Position numbers and translations under genes: made by a program. 64,000 bases of DNA from Anthoceros angustus (Eukaryota; Plantae; Anthocerotophyta), in contig VJWM01000108.1 of assembly GCA_010909165.1 (NCBI GenBank), forward strand, positions 434,001 through 498,000, written 5' to 3'. Below, one piece after another: positions 37,587 through 49,535 of the stretch. How positions within the stretch are numbered: the first letter of the stretch is position 1; each line of letters opens with the position of its first letter. Under the pieces are notes generated by a model that was not told where the DNA came from, ran no database searches, and saw nothing but the letters and a program-made list of their open reading frames with translations.

Positions 37587-38100
37587 ACTTGGACCATGGT
37601 CATTCATTGCATTGCGAACAATGGTCCTTGGCTTGAAAAGTATTCCACAGCCCACATATGCATTAACCATCCTTGGACCATGGTCATTCGATTGCATTGC
37701 GAACAATGGTCCTTTGAAAAGTATTCAACCTGACACATATGCATTAACCATCCTTGGACCATGGTCATTTGGATTGCATTGCGAACAATGGTCCTTGGAT
37801 CGAAAAGATGCTCAACCTTTACGAACATATGCATTAACCATCCATGGTCATTTGATTGCATTGCGAACAATGGTCCTTGGATCGAAAAGTAGATCACATA
37901 TGCATTAACGTCCTTGGACCATGGGCATTATGCATTGCGAACAATGGTCCTTGGATCTCGAATAAGTAGTCAACTGTTCCACCACATGCGTAACCATCCT
38001 TGAACATGGTCATTGCATTGCGAACAATGCTCCTTGGATCTCGAATAAGTAGTCAACACTTTCCACCACATGCATTAACCATCCTTGGACCATGGTCTTT
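37587..38100. repeat. Minisatellite, ~70-75 bp unit, about 7 copies
   Basis: Repeated ccttggaccatggtcatt..gcattgcgaacaatggtccttggatc..catatgcattaaccat. Confidence 0.9.
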
Positions 38101-38109
38101 TCAACTCAC

Positions 38110-38660
38110 AAACCAACAACATCCATGGCCCATGGGCATCCGCTTTAAGTTGCCAAATTAGTCCTTGGGTCACGAATTATCATCGCCGCCTATATATAAG
38201 TATGGGGACATGCCAACTTCGAACAAAAGACGAGGTGTGTGCGGGAAAAGCATGGCTAGGGTGCGAGCCATGACGGCCGACACACCGGACAACACCATTC
38301 ACCCATGGGCATCCGAAAGCATCGCCAAATTGTCGCCGGTCACGAGAAGGCGTTCAAATCCGGCTATATATGAAGCCGGGGACATGGCGACAGAGCAGGT
38401 GAGTGGCGGTGTCACGGCAAGGACGGCGTCTGCGTCTTTGGAGCCAGTGGCACGCATTATCGCTCGCTTGACATAGGTAAAACCACCGATTCGGACGTGT
38501 TTCGTCCGTGTGGCATTGCATGTTGAACGGGCCATGACGGCATGAATGACCATACAACATCCTTGGCACATGGGCATCCGAGCATTGTTACCAATTTAGT
38601 CCTTGGGTCACGGTATTATGCAGTGCCGGGCTATATATGAAGCATGGGGACATGGAGCTT
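38110..38660. repeat. Three imperfect ~100-bp repeats spaced ~175-265 bp apart
   Basis: catgggcatccg..ccaa(a/t)t..ggtcacg..ctatatat..ggggacatg occurs at ~38133, ~38304 and ~38568. Confidence 0.75.
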
Positions 38661-39769
38661 CGTTCAAAGAGGTGACGGTGTGACGCCAAAGACGGCATGG
38701 GGGCATGCCATCGGACACATGGGTATTCGGAGAGTGGAGGTGCGTGCGCGGAAACATGGCATCTTTGGCGAGGCAGTGGCATGTCCTTTCGTTCGCCCCT
38801 CCTCCCTCCGTCACCACAAGGTTACCACCTTCGAAAACCCATATATCGCTGTTGCACTCCTTGTCGCGGTTAGGTCATCTAGGCGTCGCGGTTGGTGGTT
38901 CCGGTATGGTTTGGGACGTGGACTTGAAGATTTGGGAGGGTTCGTTTAAGCCTACAACCCGCTACCATTGCGTGACTTGGATGGCGATGCAGAAAGTGGT
39001 TGTGGCGGAAAGCAGGAGACGGAGGGCCCTTCTCTTGCGCCCGTCGGCGGAGAGGCAAGGTTTGGAAAATGGAGAGGGCCGCGAGCCGTTTTGCATGGTC
39101 AAGTGGAATTAACGGCCTCGGACGGGTGCCAAAGCCGAGGAACCGAGGCAAGCGATGTGGGCGATCTCGCCTCTGCGAAGCGGGAGTGGATGCCGGGAGG
39201 GTCCTTCCGTGGAGCCGAATGGAGGCATGGAGGGGCTTGGAGGGAGGTTGCACGCAGTGGAAGGTGTTGCCGATGAGGAGGAGGCGGCAACAAATCCTCC
39301 TCATTCGACGTCGTCTCCAAGAGGTGGGCGCTAATTGGAGCTTGTGGGTGCAGACGACACGCGCAGACGGACTTTGAAAGGGCCCTCCACGCTGAAGAGT
39401 ACGAAATTGCCCGAGGTGCAGTGAGGCGTGGGCATGTGGAGGACGACGGAGGTCTTGCCGAGGGCGCGCACCTCTGGATGGCGGGAGAATAGGGCTCTTC
39501 TAGAAGAGCTTATTTTGGTGACCATGGAAGACTCAGGAGCGGGCGGAGGTCTTTCGAAGGCGGCAAAGTGCGGCCTTTGGAGTTGATATTGCTTCAGCGG
39601 CGGGAGGAAGAGGAGGAGGCCACGAAACACCTGCACATGGGTCGAGAGGCCTGATCGGGCGAGGACACCACCGGCTCGAGGATGGTGAAAGCGGAGGGAG
39701 GAGTGGAAATGGTGGTGAAGAGGTGGACGAGGACCTACCGACAACATTGTGAGGAGAGATAGGGGAGCC

Positions 39770-42070
39770 GAAAAAGTTGGCCGGTAAGCCACTTGACGAC
39801 ATCATTGCCGTGTTGTGCTGCATGGTCGGGGTTTACATGGGCTGAGCCTGTGTGATGGAGGGTGGGTGGAGAATGAAGATGAGGAGGAAGAGCCCATCGG
39901 AGGAGGGATCGGAAGGCCTTCCAGGCGTGTTGGAGCTAGTGTGCCGAAGATGCATTGATGGTACCATGGTCCCGCCACGGCGAGACTTTGAGGGATGATT
40001 GGTGAGGAAGGTAGAGTACGAGTTCCCTAGTGTAGATCGCGAGGATATCGTGTCCAGTTTGCGGGGCTTCGGACAAGAAACCTGGCGTTGGCAGAAGGTG
40101 CGACAGTGCGGTTATTTGGAGGAGAAGGGAAAGATGCGAAATGGCTGCACCCTCCGAACGGCACCAAGGCGTGGAGGCGGGCATGGAGCAAGCGGTGGTA
40201 GCGTTGCACAAGCACGGTGGTGTGTGGCCAACCCCACAACAAGCGCGCAACTTCGACTTGACTTACAAAGCACGAGCATGGGACCAATCCATTTGGTCCC
40301 ATGGGAGCAAAAGAGTTCGAGAGAAGGTATGTTCAGCGGTGGGGAAGGAGCGCAAAGACAAGAGTTGAAATGGGCTGAAACATGGATTGGAGAGCATGCG
40401 GGACTCGGAGTGGTATGGCGATAGATCGGGGCCTTGGTTGAATAGCGTGGTCAAAAAAGTGCGCATGTAGGACATGAAGGGCTGTGAATGGCAGTGTGTG
40501 CATGGTGGTCGAGAAGGAAAATAATGTGCCGTGAAGGGCACGAAAAGATGGAAGGAACCATAGCATGTCCCGAGGGGAAGGGAAGGAAGGTGGAACGAGG
40601 AGGGCATCACACTCGGTGATGTCGGAGGCGTGGGGATGGTGTGGAAGGTGAGGCGTGAGTGTGTTGCCACCCACAAGGCGAATCACAAGATCTCTCCAAA
40701 AGTGTGAGTTTGGTGGCAATGGCGGCGGGATGAATTGAATGCGATCATTTTGCCTAAGTGTAACTTCGCAGTGAATATGCAGCCTATGGGGCCGAGTGCA
40801 AGGCGAACGTGGAGGTTAGTGGCTCGAATGCCGCTCAAAGGGTCGACATGAGCGGGAGAAAGCAGGCGTGCTAGGCCAAAAGGTCGCAAAAGGCAGCTAT
40901 TGAAGATGCAGGAGAGATAGGGGAGCTGACAGAAAAGTTGGCCGGTAAGCCACTTGACGACATCATTGCCGTGTTGTGCAAGGCATGGTCGGGGTTTACA
41001 TGGCTGTGAGCCGGCTGTGTGATGGAGGGTGGGTGGAGAATGAAGATGAGGAGGAAGAGCCCATCGACGAGGAGGGATCGTCAAGGCCTTCCAGCGTGTT
41101 GGAGCTAGTGCGAAGATGCGCTTGATGGTACCATGGTCCAGCCACGACGAGACTTTGAGGGATGATTGGTGAGGAAGGTAGAGTACGAGTTCCCTAGTGT
41201 AGATCGCGAGGATATCGTGTCCAGTTTGCGGGGCTTCGGACAAGAAAACCTGGCGTTGGCAGAAGGTGCGACAGTGCGGTTATTTGGAGGAGAAGGGAAG
41301 ATGCGAAATGGCTGCACCCTCCGAACGGCACCAAGGCGTGGAGGCGGGCATGGAGCAAGCGGTGGTAGCGTTGCACAAGGTGGTGTGTGGCCAACCCCAC
41401 AACAAGCGCGCAACTTCGACTTGACTTACAAAGCACGAGCATGGGACCAATCCATTTGGTCCCATGGGAGCAAAAGAGTTCGAGAGAAGGTATGTTCAGC
41501 GGTGGGGAAGGAGCGCAAAGACAAGAGTTGAAATGGGCTGAAACATGGATTGGAGAGCATGCGGGACTCGGAGTGGTATGGCGATAGATCGGGGCCTTGG
41601 TTGAATAGCGTGGTCAAAAAAGTGCGCATGTAGGACATGAAGGGCTGTGAATGGCAGTGTGTGCATGGTGGTCGAGAAGGAAAATAATGTGCCGTGAAGG
41701 GCACGAAAAGATGGAAGGAACCATAGCATGTCCCGAGGGGAAGGGAAGGAAGGTGGAACGAGGAGGGCATCACACTCGGTGATGTCGGAGGCGTGGGGAT
41801 GGTGTGGAAGGTGAGGCGTGAGTGTGTTGCCACCCACAAGGCGAATCACAAGATCTCTCCAAAAGTGTGAGTTTGGTGGCAATGGCGGCGGGATGAATTG
41901 AATGCGATCATTTTGCCTAAGTGTAACTTCGCAGTGAATATGCAGCCTATGGGGCCGAGTGCAAGGCGAACGTGGAGGTTAGTGGCTCGAATGCCGCTCA
42001 AAGGGTCGACATGAGCGGGAGAAAGCAGGCGTGCTAGGCCAAAAGGTCGCAAAAGGCAGCTATTGAAGAT
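39770..42070. repeat. Tandem duplication, period 1163 bp, in CACTA cargo
   Basis: aaagttggccggtaagccacttgacgacatcattgccg occurs at ~39774 and ~40935. The ORF track shows identical ORFs offset by 1163 bp (40263/41426, 40333/41496). Confidence 0.92.
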
Positions 42071-42676
42071 GCAGGAGAGTCGAGACTCGGATGCCGCCGG
42101 TGTGCCGACCGTGGTATGTGCAAGTCCATGTCCGGCAATAAGCCGGATTGATGATTTGTCGTGTGGATTTTGATGCGTTCCTTTCTTGCGTTGTGCAAAG
42201 CGGGAGCAAACGGCAAATGAAACACGCACCGAGCAAGCATGCGAGGACATTCAACCGCCATCGCAGAACGTGGTGGTGGAGGAGTGCTTGGGTGATGCAA
42301 CACTTGCACGCTTGGTAGTGCGTCGAGGGCGGGTCTGGTCGATCCGCGAGCGGATGAAGGAGATCGGCCTCATAGCACCGCACACATGTGGGCGGGCATT
42401 CCATAGTTACGTAGCGTTTACATTGTCCTTCGATATGTTTTAGCCGGTTGTGGAATGAACCCGAAAACTATGGCATATGTCGCAAGCGCGCATGTTAAAT
42501 TTGAAGCGAAGTCTAGATAGGGAAAACGCACAAATGGGGCGTTTGAAGAAACGTAATGCATGTGTCGCATTTGGTGGTAAATGTGATGAGGTATTTATTA
42601 ATCTATGAGGTGTATACTTATAACTATGGCATGGTTAGATATCTATGAATTTGTACCTATACATAAAAGTATGTAT

Positions 42677-42696
42677 TATATATATATATATATATA
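42677..42696. repeat. (TA)10 microsatellite
   Basis: Direct reading. Confidence 0.9.
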
Positions 42697-43059
42697 CGTG
42701 TTTGCTGTATGTAGGATTATACGGAATACATCGGCCAACCGTATATATAAATGGACATATAAATAATGTAGAATCCTACATACATAATTAGGCAATAAGG
42801 GTTTTGTGTATATGGGGCTTGAAAAGAAAACCGTGTGGACATAGGGTGCATTGAAGAGGGAAGATGGAAAGAGAATGATACCTACAGGGGGAGATAGAGT
42901 TCGGTAATTGCTATGTAGGAAAAGCAAGAAGGCAAGAATAAAATACCGGTGGGAGAGGGAGCTCATTGTCACAATCATATGGCAACACAAAGAGGGAAAC
43001 AATAAAGAAATGGGTGTCATCCGGAGCATTAACTAGGAGTGTGAGGTGAAAGGTGAGAC

Positions 43060-43526
43060 CAAGAGCATGTTGTTAAGATGGTAAGAGAAAGTGGAAAACA
43101 AAATCACAAACTTAACACCAAACCAACAAACTTGATGACAAGCTCTTAATGGCGAGGTGTAAGGTCAAGAGACCACTTGCATGTTGTTAAGATGGTGAGA
43201 GAAGGTGGAGGAAAATCACAAACTTAACACCAAGCCACCTAACTTTTGGGTGTACCACATGGAAGTGTTACATGAAATTGTAACAAAGGACTATAACATA
43301 AGCAAGTTTTCATTGTATATGTTTGAAATCATAAACAATGCTAGCAAAGAGGGATGTTGTACTTAGGAGGTGAGGTGATGAGAGAGAGCCAGTTCATGTT
43401 AAGATGGTGACATGAGAAGGGAATAGTGTCAATCTTAATACCAAGCCTAAATAGCATGTTGCAATTTGGAAGTGTTACATGAAATTGCAATAACGACTGT
43501 AACATAGGCTGCCTTTTCTAGTAGGG
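43060..43526. repeat. Right subterminal repeats and right TIR of the CACTA element
   Basis: Three imperfect copies of catgtt..taagatggt..aa(a)ctta(a/t)accaa, two copies of ggaagtgttacatgaaattg, and then the TIR ending ..ttttctagtaggg. Confidence 0.85.
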
Positions 43527-46500
43527 AACCACAGGACACCAGTTTGTCCTCTTGGGGGATGATCACAATCTTACCATATCTGGTATTGGTTCAGTTATAC
43601 TCAGATGTAACACAGGTCAGACCCTTCACTTTCATCAAGATCTTCATGTTCCTGCCATATGCAAAAGTTTAGTGTCAGCTGCGAGTCTTCGTAAAAAACA
43701 CACTATGCAGGTGACCCTATATGCAGATATCTGTTTAATTTCCTACACAAGCAATAGAAGACTAGTCATCTGCACATGCATATTAGATGATGGTCTTTAT
43801 AGATTGTCAATTCAAGTGGGAGTTCCCCATTCTGTTAATATTGCCTTTCAAAATACAGCGACACCTACACATACTATGCTTTGGCATTGTCTCTTAGGTC
43901 ATCCAAATAGCTCAAAGCTTCTTCAAATATCAAAGGGTGGTCTCTATAAAACTCCCTACCTTTCCAACATAAAACACCTTCCATGGTGTGAAGCCTGTGT
44001 CGTCACCAAAAGACACCAAGCTCCTTGTAAGAACATTTCTCCACAGAGGGCATCCTCTCCTTTAGAACTTGTTCATACTGTCATGCCGTGTGATACTAAT
44101 CTCTACACTTAGGTTTAGTGTTTGATTAGCATTAATCAATTACTTAGTATTAATTAATCTAAATCACTTATGATAATTAAGCATTGATTAGTGTTAATTA
44201 AACACGGTTAGCAATAGCTAAGTGGATAAGCTCAAGTTTCACATACATCCTCAAGTACAAGAGTGATGCCTATCATTTTTTCAAGAATTACACGGCTTGG
44301 GTGGAAAGATTACTTGATAAGAAACTCAAAACCTTGCGTTCAGACAACGGAGGAGAGTTTATATCACATGAATTTGCTGACTTTTGTCGAGCTGAAGGTA
44401 TAGCTCAACAACTCATAGTTGTACACACACCTCAGCAAAATGGTGTAGCAGAAAACAAGAATTTACGCCTTCAAGAGATCACCGGATGCTTATTGACCCA
44501 AGCCAAGCTCCCCAAGGTTTATTGGGTTGAAGCCATTCTTACAGCTACATATCTCATCAATAGATTGCCAACATCCACTATCCCTTGTATGACACCATAT
44601 GAAGCATTTACTGGTAAAAAGCCTTCTATCGAACATCTTCGCATTTTTGGATCTCCAGCTTATGTATTTATTCCTAAAGTACAATGAAAAAAGTTAGATC
44701 CCAAGGCTGCCGAATATACTTTTATTGGCTACACCGAAGGCATTAAAGATTATAAATTATTTGACTTTTCTACCCGAAAGCTTCTTTATGCACACAGTAT
44801 TACCTTTCATGAGTCTCAATTATTATTGCTTTAGTGGGAGCTCATGACTCTGGCAATCAACATTTTTCCAATGACGATAATGAATGTTCTCTATTCGATG
44901 ATACTAATTATCTTACCCTATTCCCGCTTCATATGTTCCTTTGGTTGTACTTATTATGCAGGAGGAGGAGGAGTTAGCACCTATTCCACAACCAGACTCA
45001 CCTCCATTGGATATAGAAGAACCTCAACATCTGGAGGATATTCCTGATGATCCATATGGCTCTTATATTGAACGTGAGTATGCGGTTGAGCCTAATTCTC
45101 CCACTTCGGAGTTAACACACATTCAAGATGTGGAAGATGCACAACCTGCACCAAGGTACAACCTGTGATCACGACCTCATATTCCAGGCCCCGCAGGATG
45201 GAAAGAACCTCCCGTAGGATACCTAGCTGTTTTTGAAGATCCTATTCCCCTGTCACACCTTATTTACAAGCTGTATACAAGGCCACAACTGATTCAGAGA
45301 AACCTCTCACCTTAAAGCAAGCTTTTTCATCACCTGAAAAAGACTTATGGAAGGTACTTGTAGATTCTAAATACAACTCATTAGTTAACAATTCTACATG
45401 GGAATTAGTTAAGCCACATAAAGGGAGAAAAATAGTAACCAGCAAATGGGTATTCAATATTAAGAAAAAAGGGAGATGGCTCTATTGAGCAATATAAGGC
45501 ACATCTAGTGGCAAGGGGGTTCACCCAAATTCTGAGCTTAGATTATTTATCCTATGCCACGTATGCACTTGCAGCTAAGTTTGCTTCCCTTAGAATGATC
45601 TTCGCCCTAACTACACAACATGATCTTGAGCTCCATATGATGGATGTTAAGACAACATATCTGTATGGTCGTCTTCAAGAAGAGATCTATATGCGACAAC
45701 TTGAGGGTTATGAAGTTAAAGGCAAGGAAGATTGGGTATGCAAACTCATCAAATGTATCTATGGTCTGAAGGAATCAGGTAAAGAATGGAATGTAACTAT
45801 ACACGTCAAGCTAGTGAAAAGAGGCTTCAGACAAAGCAAGGCAAATGCTAGCATGTATATCTTAATATTAGGCAATGATATACTTCACCTCTTACTTTAC
45901 GTCGATGACGTATTTATGGCTTCATCCTCATCTTCTCTCCTAGCTGAAATTAAAGTTTGGTTAAGAAGTCATTTTGAAATGACCGATCTTGGAGAAATGA
46001 CATATGCACTTGGTGTTAATATTATGCGAGATCGAAGCAATAAAACTTTAAGTGTAGTTCAAACTAAGTATGTTAAGGAAAGCTTAATTAAGTTGAGATT
46101 AGATGATGCTAAACCTGCTCCAACACCATTCGCCAGTGGGATTCAACTCATATCATATATGAGTCCCAAGACAGATGTAGACAAGTTAGAAATGTCGGTA
46201 GTTCCATATCGACATGCTGTTGGCACTCTTATTTACTTGAGCAACTTCACAAGATCTGATATATCATTTGAAGTTAGTGCTTGTTCACAATTTTTAGAAA
46301 ATTCTGGACGAGAACACTGGATGTTAGTTAAGCGTATCTTTAGATACCTTAAGGGCCCCATGCACATCGGATTCGTATATCAACATACACTTGGCATCAA
46401 CAAGCTATGATTGATAGCTTACGTTGATGCTGATTATGCTGCTGACCCTGACACTAGAAGATCCGTATCAGGTTATGAGCTCAGACTAGCTAAGGCCCCC

Positions 46501-46893
46501 ATCTCATGGTCAAGTAAGAAACAGTCTACCATGACCCTTTCTAGCAGTGAGTCAGACTATAGGGTACTAACCTCAGTTGCTAAAGATATCGTCTGGAGTA
46601 GGTTGACCTTAGATGAACTTAGTCATACTCAAGATGACCCTACGCCATTATTTAGCGATAGTCAAGGGGCAATAGCCTTAGCTAGAAATCCTGTATTTCC
46701 TTCAAGAACCAAACTCATAGCAGTTGAATACCACTACATAAGAGAATTGTTAGAAAACAAAACAATAGATATCAATTATATCCCAACACATGATAACTCA
46801 GCCGATTTATTAGCCAAATCCCTAAGTCGGGAGTTACATGGTAAACATATGAAGAGCTTAGGGATACTAGATATCAAGTCTAAGCCACCCTAA
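43527..46893 (+). pseudogene. Ty1/Copia pol: protease end, GAG-pre-integrase, integrase, RT, RNase H (right part of the split element)
   Basis: LWHCLLGH; integrase LRSDNGGEF..TPQQNGVAE (44301-44687); RT MDVKTTYLYG..LLLYVDDV (45508-46410); RNase H AYVDADYA..SWSSKKQ..SDSQGAI..RTK (46411-46893). One in-frame TGA separates RT from RNase H. Confidence 0.93.
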
Positions 46894-47989
46894 CTCAGCT
46901 AGCTCAAGTTAGTAACTTGAATGGGCAACTAAAAGTTAACCTTAACTGTAGACCACATAGTTTGTCCAAAGTTTCAAGTTCTTCTTCTATCTCTAAGTAG
47001 TCTTCATAGTATTCCTGAGCTTCTCGCTCCAGTGCCCAAACAGATCCTATTCACAAAATTTAGGTATTATATTTATTATATTTATTAAATATTATTTAAG
47101 TCATTACGATATTAGGGTACTTACTATAGGTGTGTTTAGTATGTCCTTCAAACTCAATAGATGGGGCAGCTCCTAACCACACCATCTTAATTCCTTTCTT
47201 ATGGCAAACATATTCTACTGGGGCATGGAAATCTCCTTTATCCCCAAGGCATATTAAGTAGGTAGCTTTACATAAGTTTCCTTCAGGAAGATAGCATCCA
47301 GGTATTTCATATGTTGTCCTTGTTCCTTCGGGGACTACGGGCTATGGGATCGCAATCCTTAAGGTATTGGTGCCCACACATTTGTCTTTTCCTAATGATC
47401 ACACATTTTTATAGCTTGTAATAAAGTATTTAATTTCTTCCTTCACTTAATTTTCTCAACTACCACTTTTTGTTTTCCTTTCCATTCTCCTCTAGTGTCA
47501 TTGGTATCCCCTAATTGCAGCTTGCCTAATTTCAAATCTATCACAAGACCACAAGGTCAAGAAATTTCTGCTTTATTCCAAGTTCTCGCCTTGCATAAAA
47601 AAGTTTCTACCGGATGTGAATTTGTTAAGGGTATTGGCGGCCTTGGCATCGGCAAAATCAGAAGTGATCAGTGGACGAGATCTTCAACTAGGGCTGTCTT
47701 CACACACCAATGTCTTGTGAGGGACATCTTGAACATTCGGAGTGTGCGGCAGCATCTCTGCAGTTGACATCTCGGCATCTGTGGCATTCAAACTTCCCCA
47801 ACTTGACGATGTGGAGGAAGACAAGTCCACAATGGACACATTTTGAGAGTTGGGCAGCGTTCCTTCTTCATCACTTGGATCTGCATATGGTGATCTCCAA
47901 GCAATACCGTGCCGGGTATGGACCCATCTCTTCTTGCTTGAATCAGTTGGTAGAGAAAGAGGGCGCCAAGCAGTTTCTAGCCACCCATG

Positions 47990-49050
47990 GATACCATCAA
48001 CAATCGTAGGAGCTATCTCCTCTCCATCTTCATCAGCAGTGGCGGCGGCAACCAGCAGCGGGGTGTTTTTCTCAGCATCATCATGGCCAGAGTCGCCCTC
48101 AGGAGCACTAGGGCCAGCGCCGTCCTCATCTTCAGCCACAGAGGCAGGCGTGAGGGGCGCCTACCCTCCTTTCTTCTTGCAGCCACCTTCGGAGAGGCCT
48201 TCAACAACCCCTTGGTTGTCAGGCCATGCAAGAACCGCGCATGGCGAACACCGGCGTGCTCGGCCGCCGGGGCCACATGATGGGGGCGCCGGGCTTGGGG
48301 GAGAAGTGGGCCTTCCTGCAGAATATTGAACATTTATGGCGATCCTTGGGGGAGAAGTGGGTGTTCCTGTACAAGGGATACATGATGGATATATGGTAAG
48401 GAGCAGCAAACTAGACATCACCAACCCATGGTATATCCATTCGCTCCATGTCAGCTTCATGCCCACAATGAGGGCGGAGCTTGAACGTTGGAGGCAAGTG
48501 TGGAACAGGCACCGGGTGCGGAATATTAGGGTTGCCGATAGAGACATCCCGAGCATGTTCCTGCAATAGCATTCCAGGAAAAAGGCCCGACTGCAAGGGT
48601 GGGTGCAGCCACCATCATCTGGAGCTGCAGAGGATGATGGTGGGGAGTTCAACGTGGGTGGCCCATAGTATGCACAAAACGTGGCGCCGGAGATGCCACC
48701 ACTGGGTGCCATTGAACTGCTGACCGGGGTGAGAAACTGCAGGCTGCATGTCCATTTTGTGTGCAAGTTGTAGCATTGTTGAGGGTAGTGGGGTTGCATC
48801 CCTCCGAGATGTGCAGCCATGGAGAACTGAATCGTTTGGGAGACTGCTGAGGGTTGAGTGTGCAGGAACTGCATATGGCGAGAGACAATGCGTATGCAAA
48901 GGGCTTGGAGGACATGGACTTCCTCCCAGACATGTATCGGTTGCACATGGTACTGACGACACTGTTCAGGGAGTGCAGGAGGAGATGGGAGGCATTACCC
49001 AAATACCTCCAGCGGTGGATGGAGGCTGAAGCCACACTGCATGTGGACTG
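47990..49050 (+). mobile_element. Degraded DDE transposase of the IS3EU-like 'integrase core' type
   Basis: Collinear motifs across plus frames: STRASAVLIF..EGRLPSF; QNIEHLWRSL; LDITNPWYIHSLHVSFMPTMRAELERWRQVWNRHRVR; DIPSMF; EDMDFLPDMYRL. They parallel the family pattern NRASTVL.LF..YGLPSRVRSD..NQRIERLWRD..LD..N..HL..LH..FLP.IN..L..F...WNNH..R. Confidence 0.6.
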
Positions 49051-49153
49051 ATCACCTACTCCGGTGTCGCACTGCGTGAGGGACTTATGGACCAGCTTTG
49101 AGGCTCTTTCGAGAGTGAGCAGGGTGTAGGATGTAGAGAAGTCTTTTATGTGC

Positions 49154-49240
49154 TCCCACCATGAGGTGGGAGTGCTGACCGATCCCACCATGAGGTGGGA
49201 GTGCTGACCGATCCCACCATGAGGTGGGAGTGCTGACCGA
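49154..49240. repeat. Three perfect 29-bp tandem repeats, each with an internal hairpin
   Basis: TCCCACCATGAGGTGGGAGTGCTGACCGA x3, containing the stem (T)CCCACC-ATGA-GGTGGG(A). Confidence 0.95.
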
Positions 49241-49535
49241 GTGGAATTCTTATTTTTGTTAATAGAGGCATGAGCCCAGTGATGGCTTTGTTTTTGGTCG
49301 AATGTGTGGTCTCCATCCGTGAAGTAATCGTCCCAATCACAACGCCATCCGCTTTGCAAGTGCAAGGCCCGGATGGTCGCCCAGTTATTCGCCACAAAGG
49401 CTCGTGACGGTTTGTTGACCGATCTGGCTGGCGATGGGTGCTTGTGAGGATGTGCAAAGGCCGATGTTCTGACAACTCTAAGAAAGAAAACCATGTGCAT
49501 CGCACCCTAAAAAGATTCTTGACACACCTTCTTAC

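Larger units (their letters stand above)
26352..43526 (-). mobile_element. Complete CACTA (EnSpm) superfamily DNA transposon with CCCTA termini, 17,175 bp
   Basis: Perfect 29-bp TIRs CCCTACTAGAAAAGGCAGCCTATGTTACA (26352-26380, inverted at 43498-43526). The 3-bp TSD AAC is at 26349-26351 and 43527-43529. It contains an internal TnpD-type transposase and TGTTACA/TGTAACA subterminal motifs at both ends. Confidence 0.93.

Noticed and set aside
46894-47500. 3' LTR and PPT of the split Copia element
   Set aside because: No clear polypurine tract was seen, and no matching 5' LTR could be found left of 25800, so boundaries cannot be supported.
49154-49240. CRISPR array (29-bp palindromic repeats)
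   Set aside because: The repeats abut directly with no spacers, no cas genes are present, and the context is eukaryotic.
48161-49500. Minus-strand ORFs of 261 and 283 aa as host genes
   Set aside because: They lie antisense to the motif-bearing plus-strand transposase frames, one runs through the 29-bp repeat, and neither has recognisable domains.
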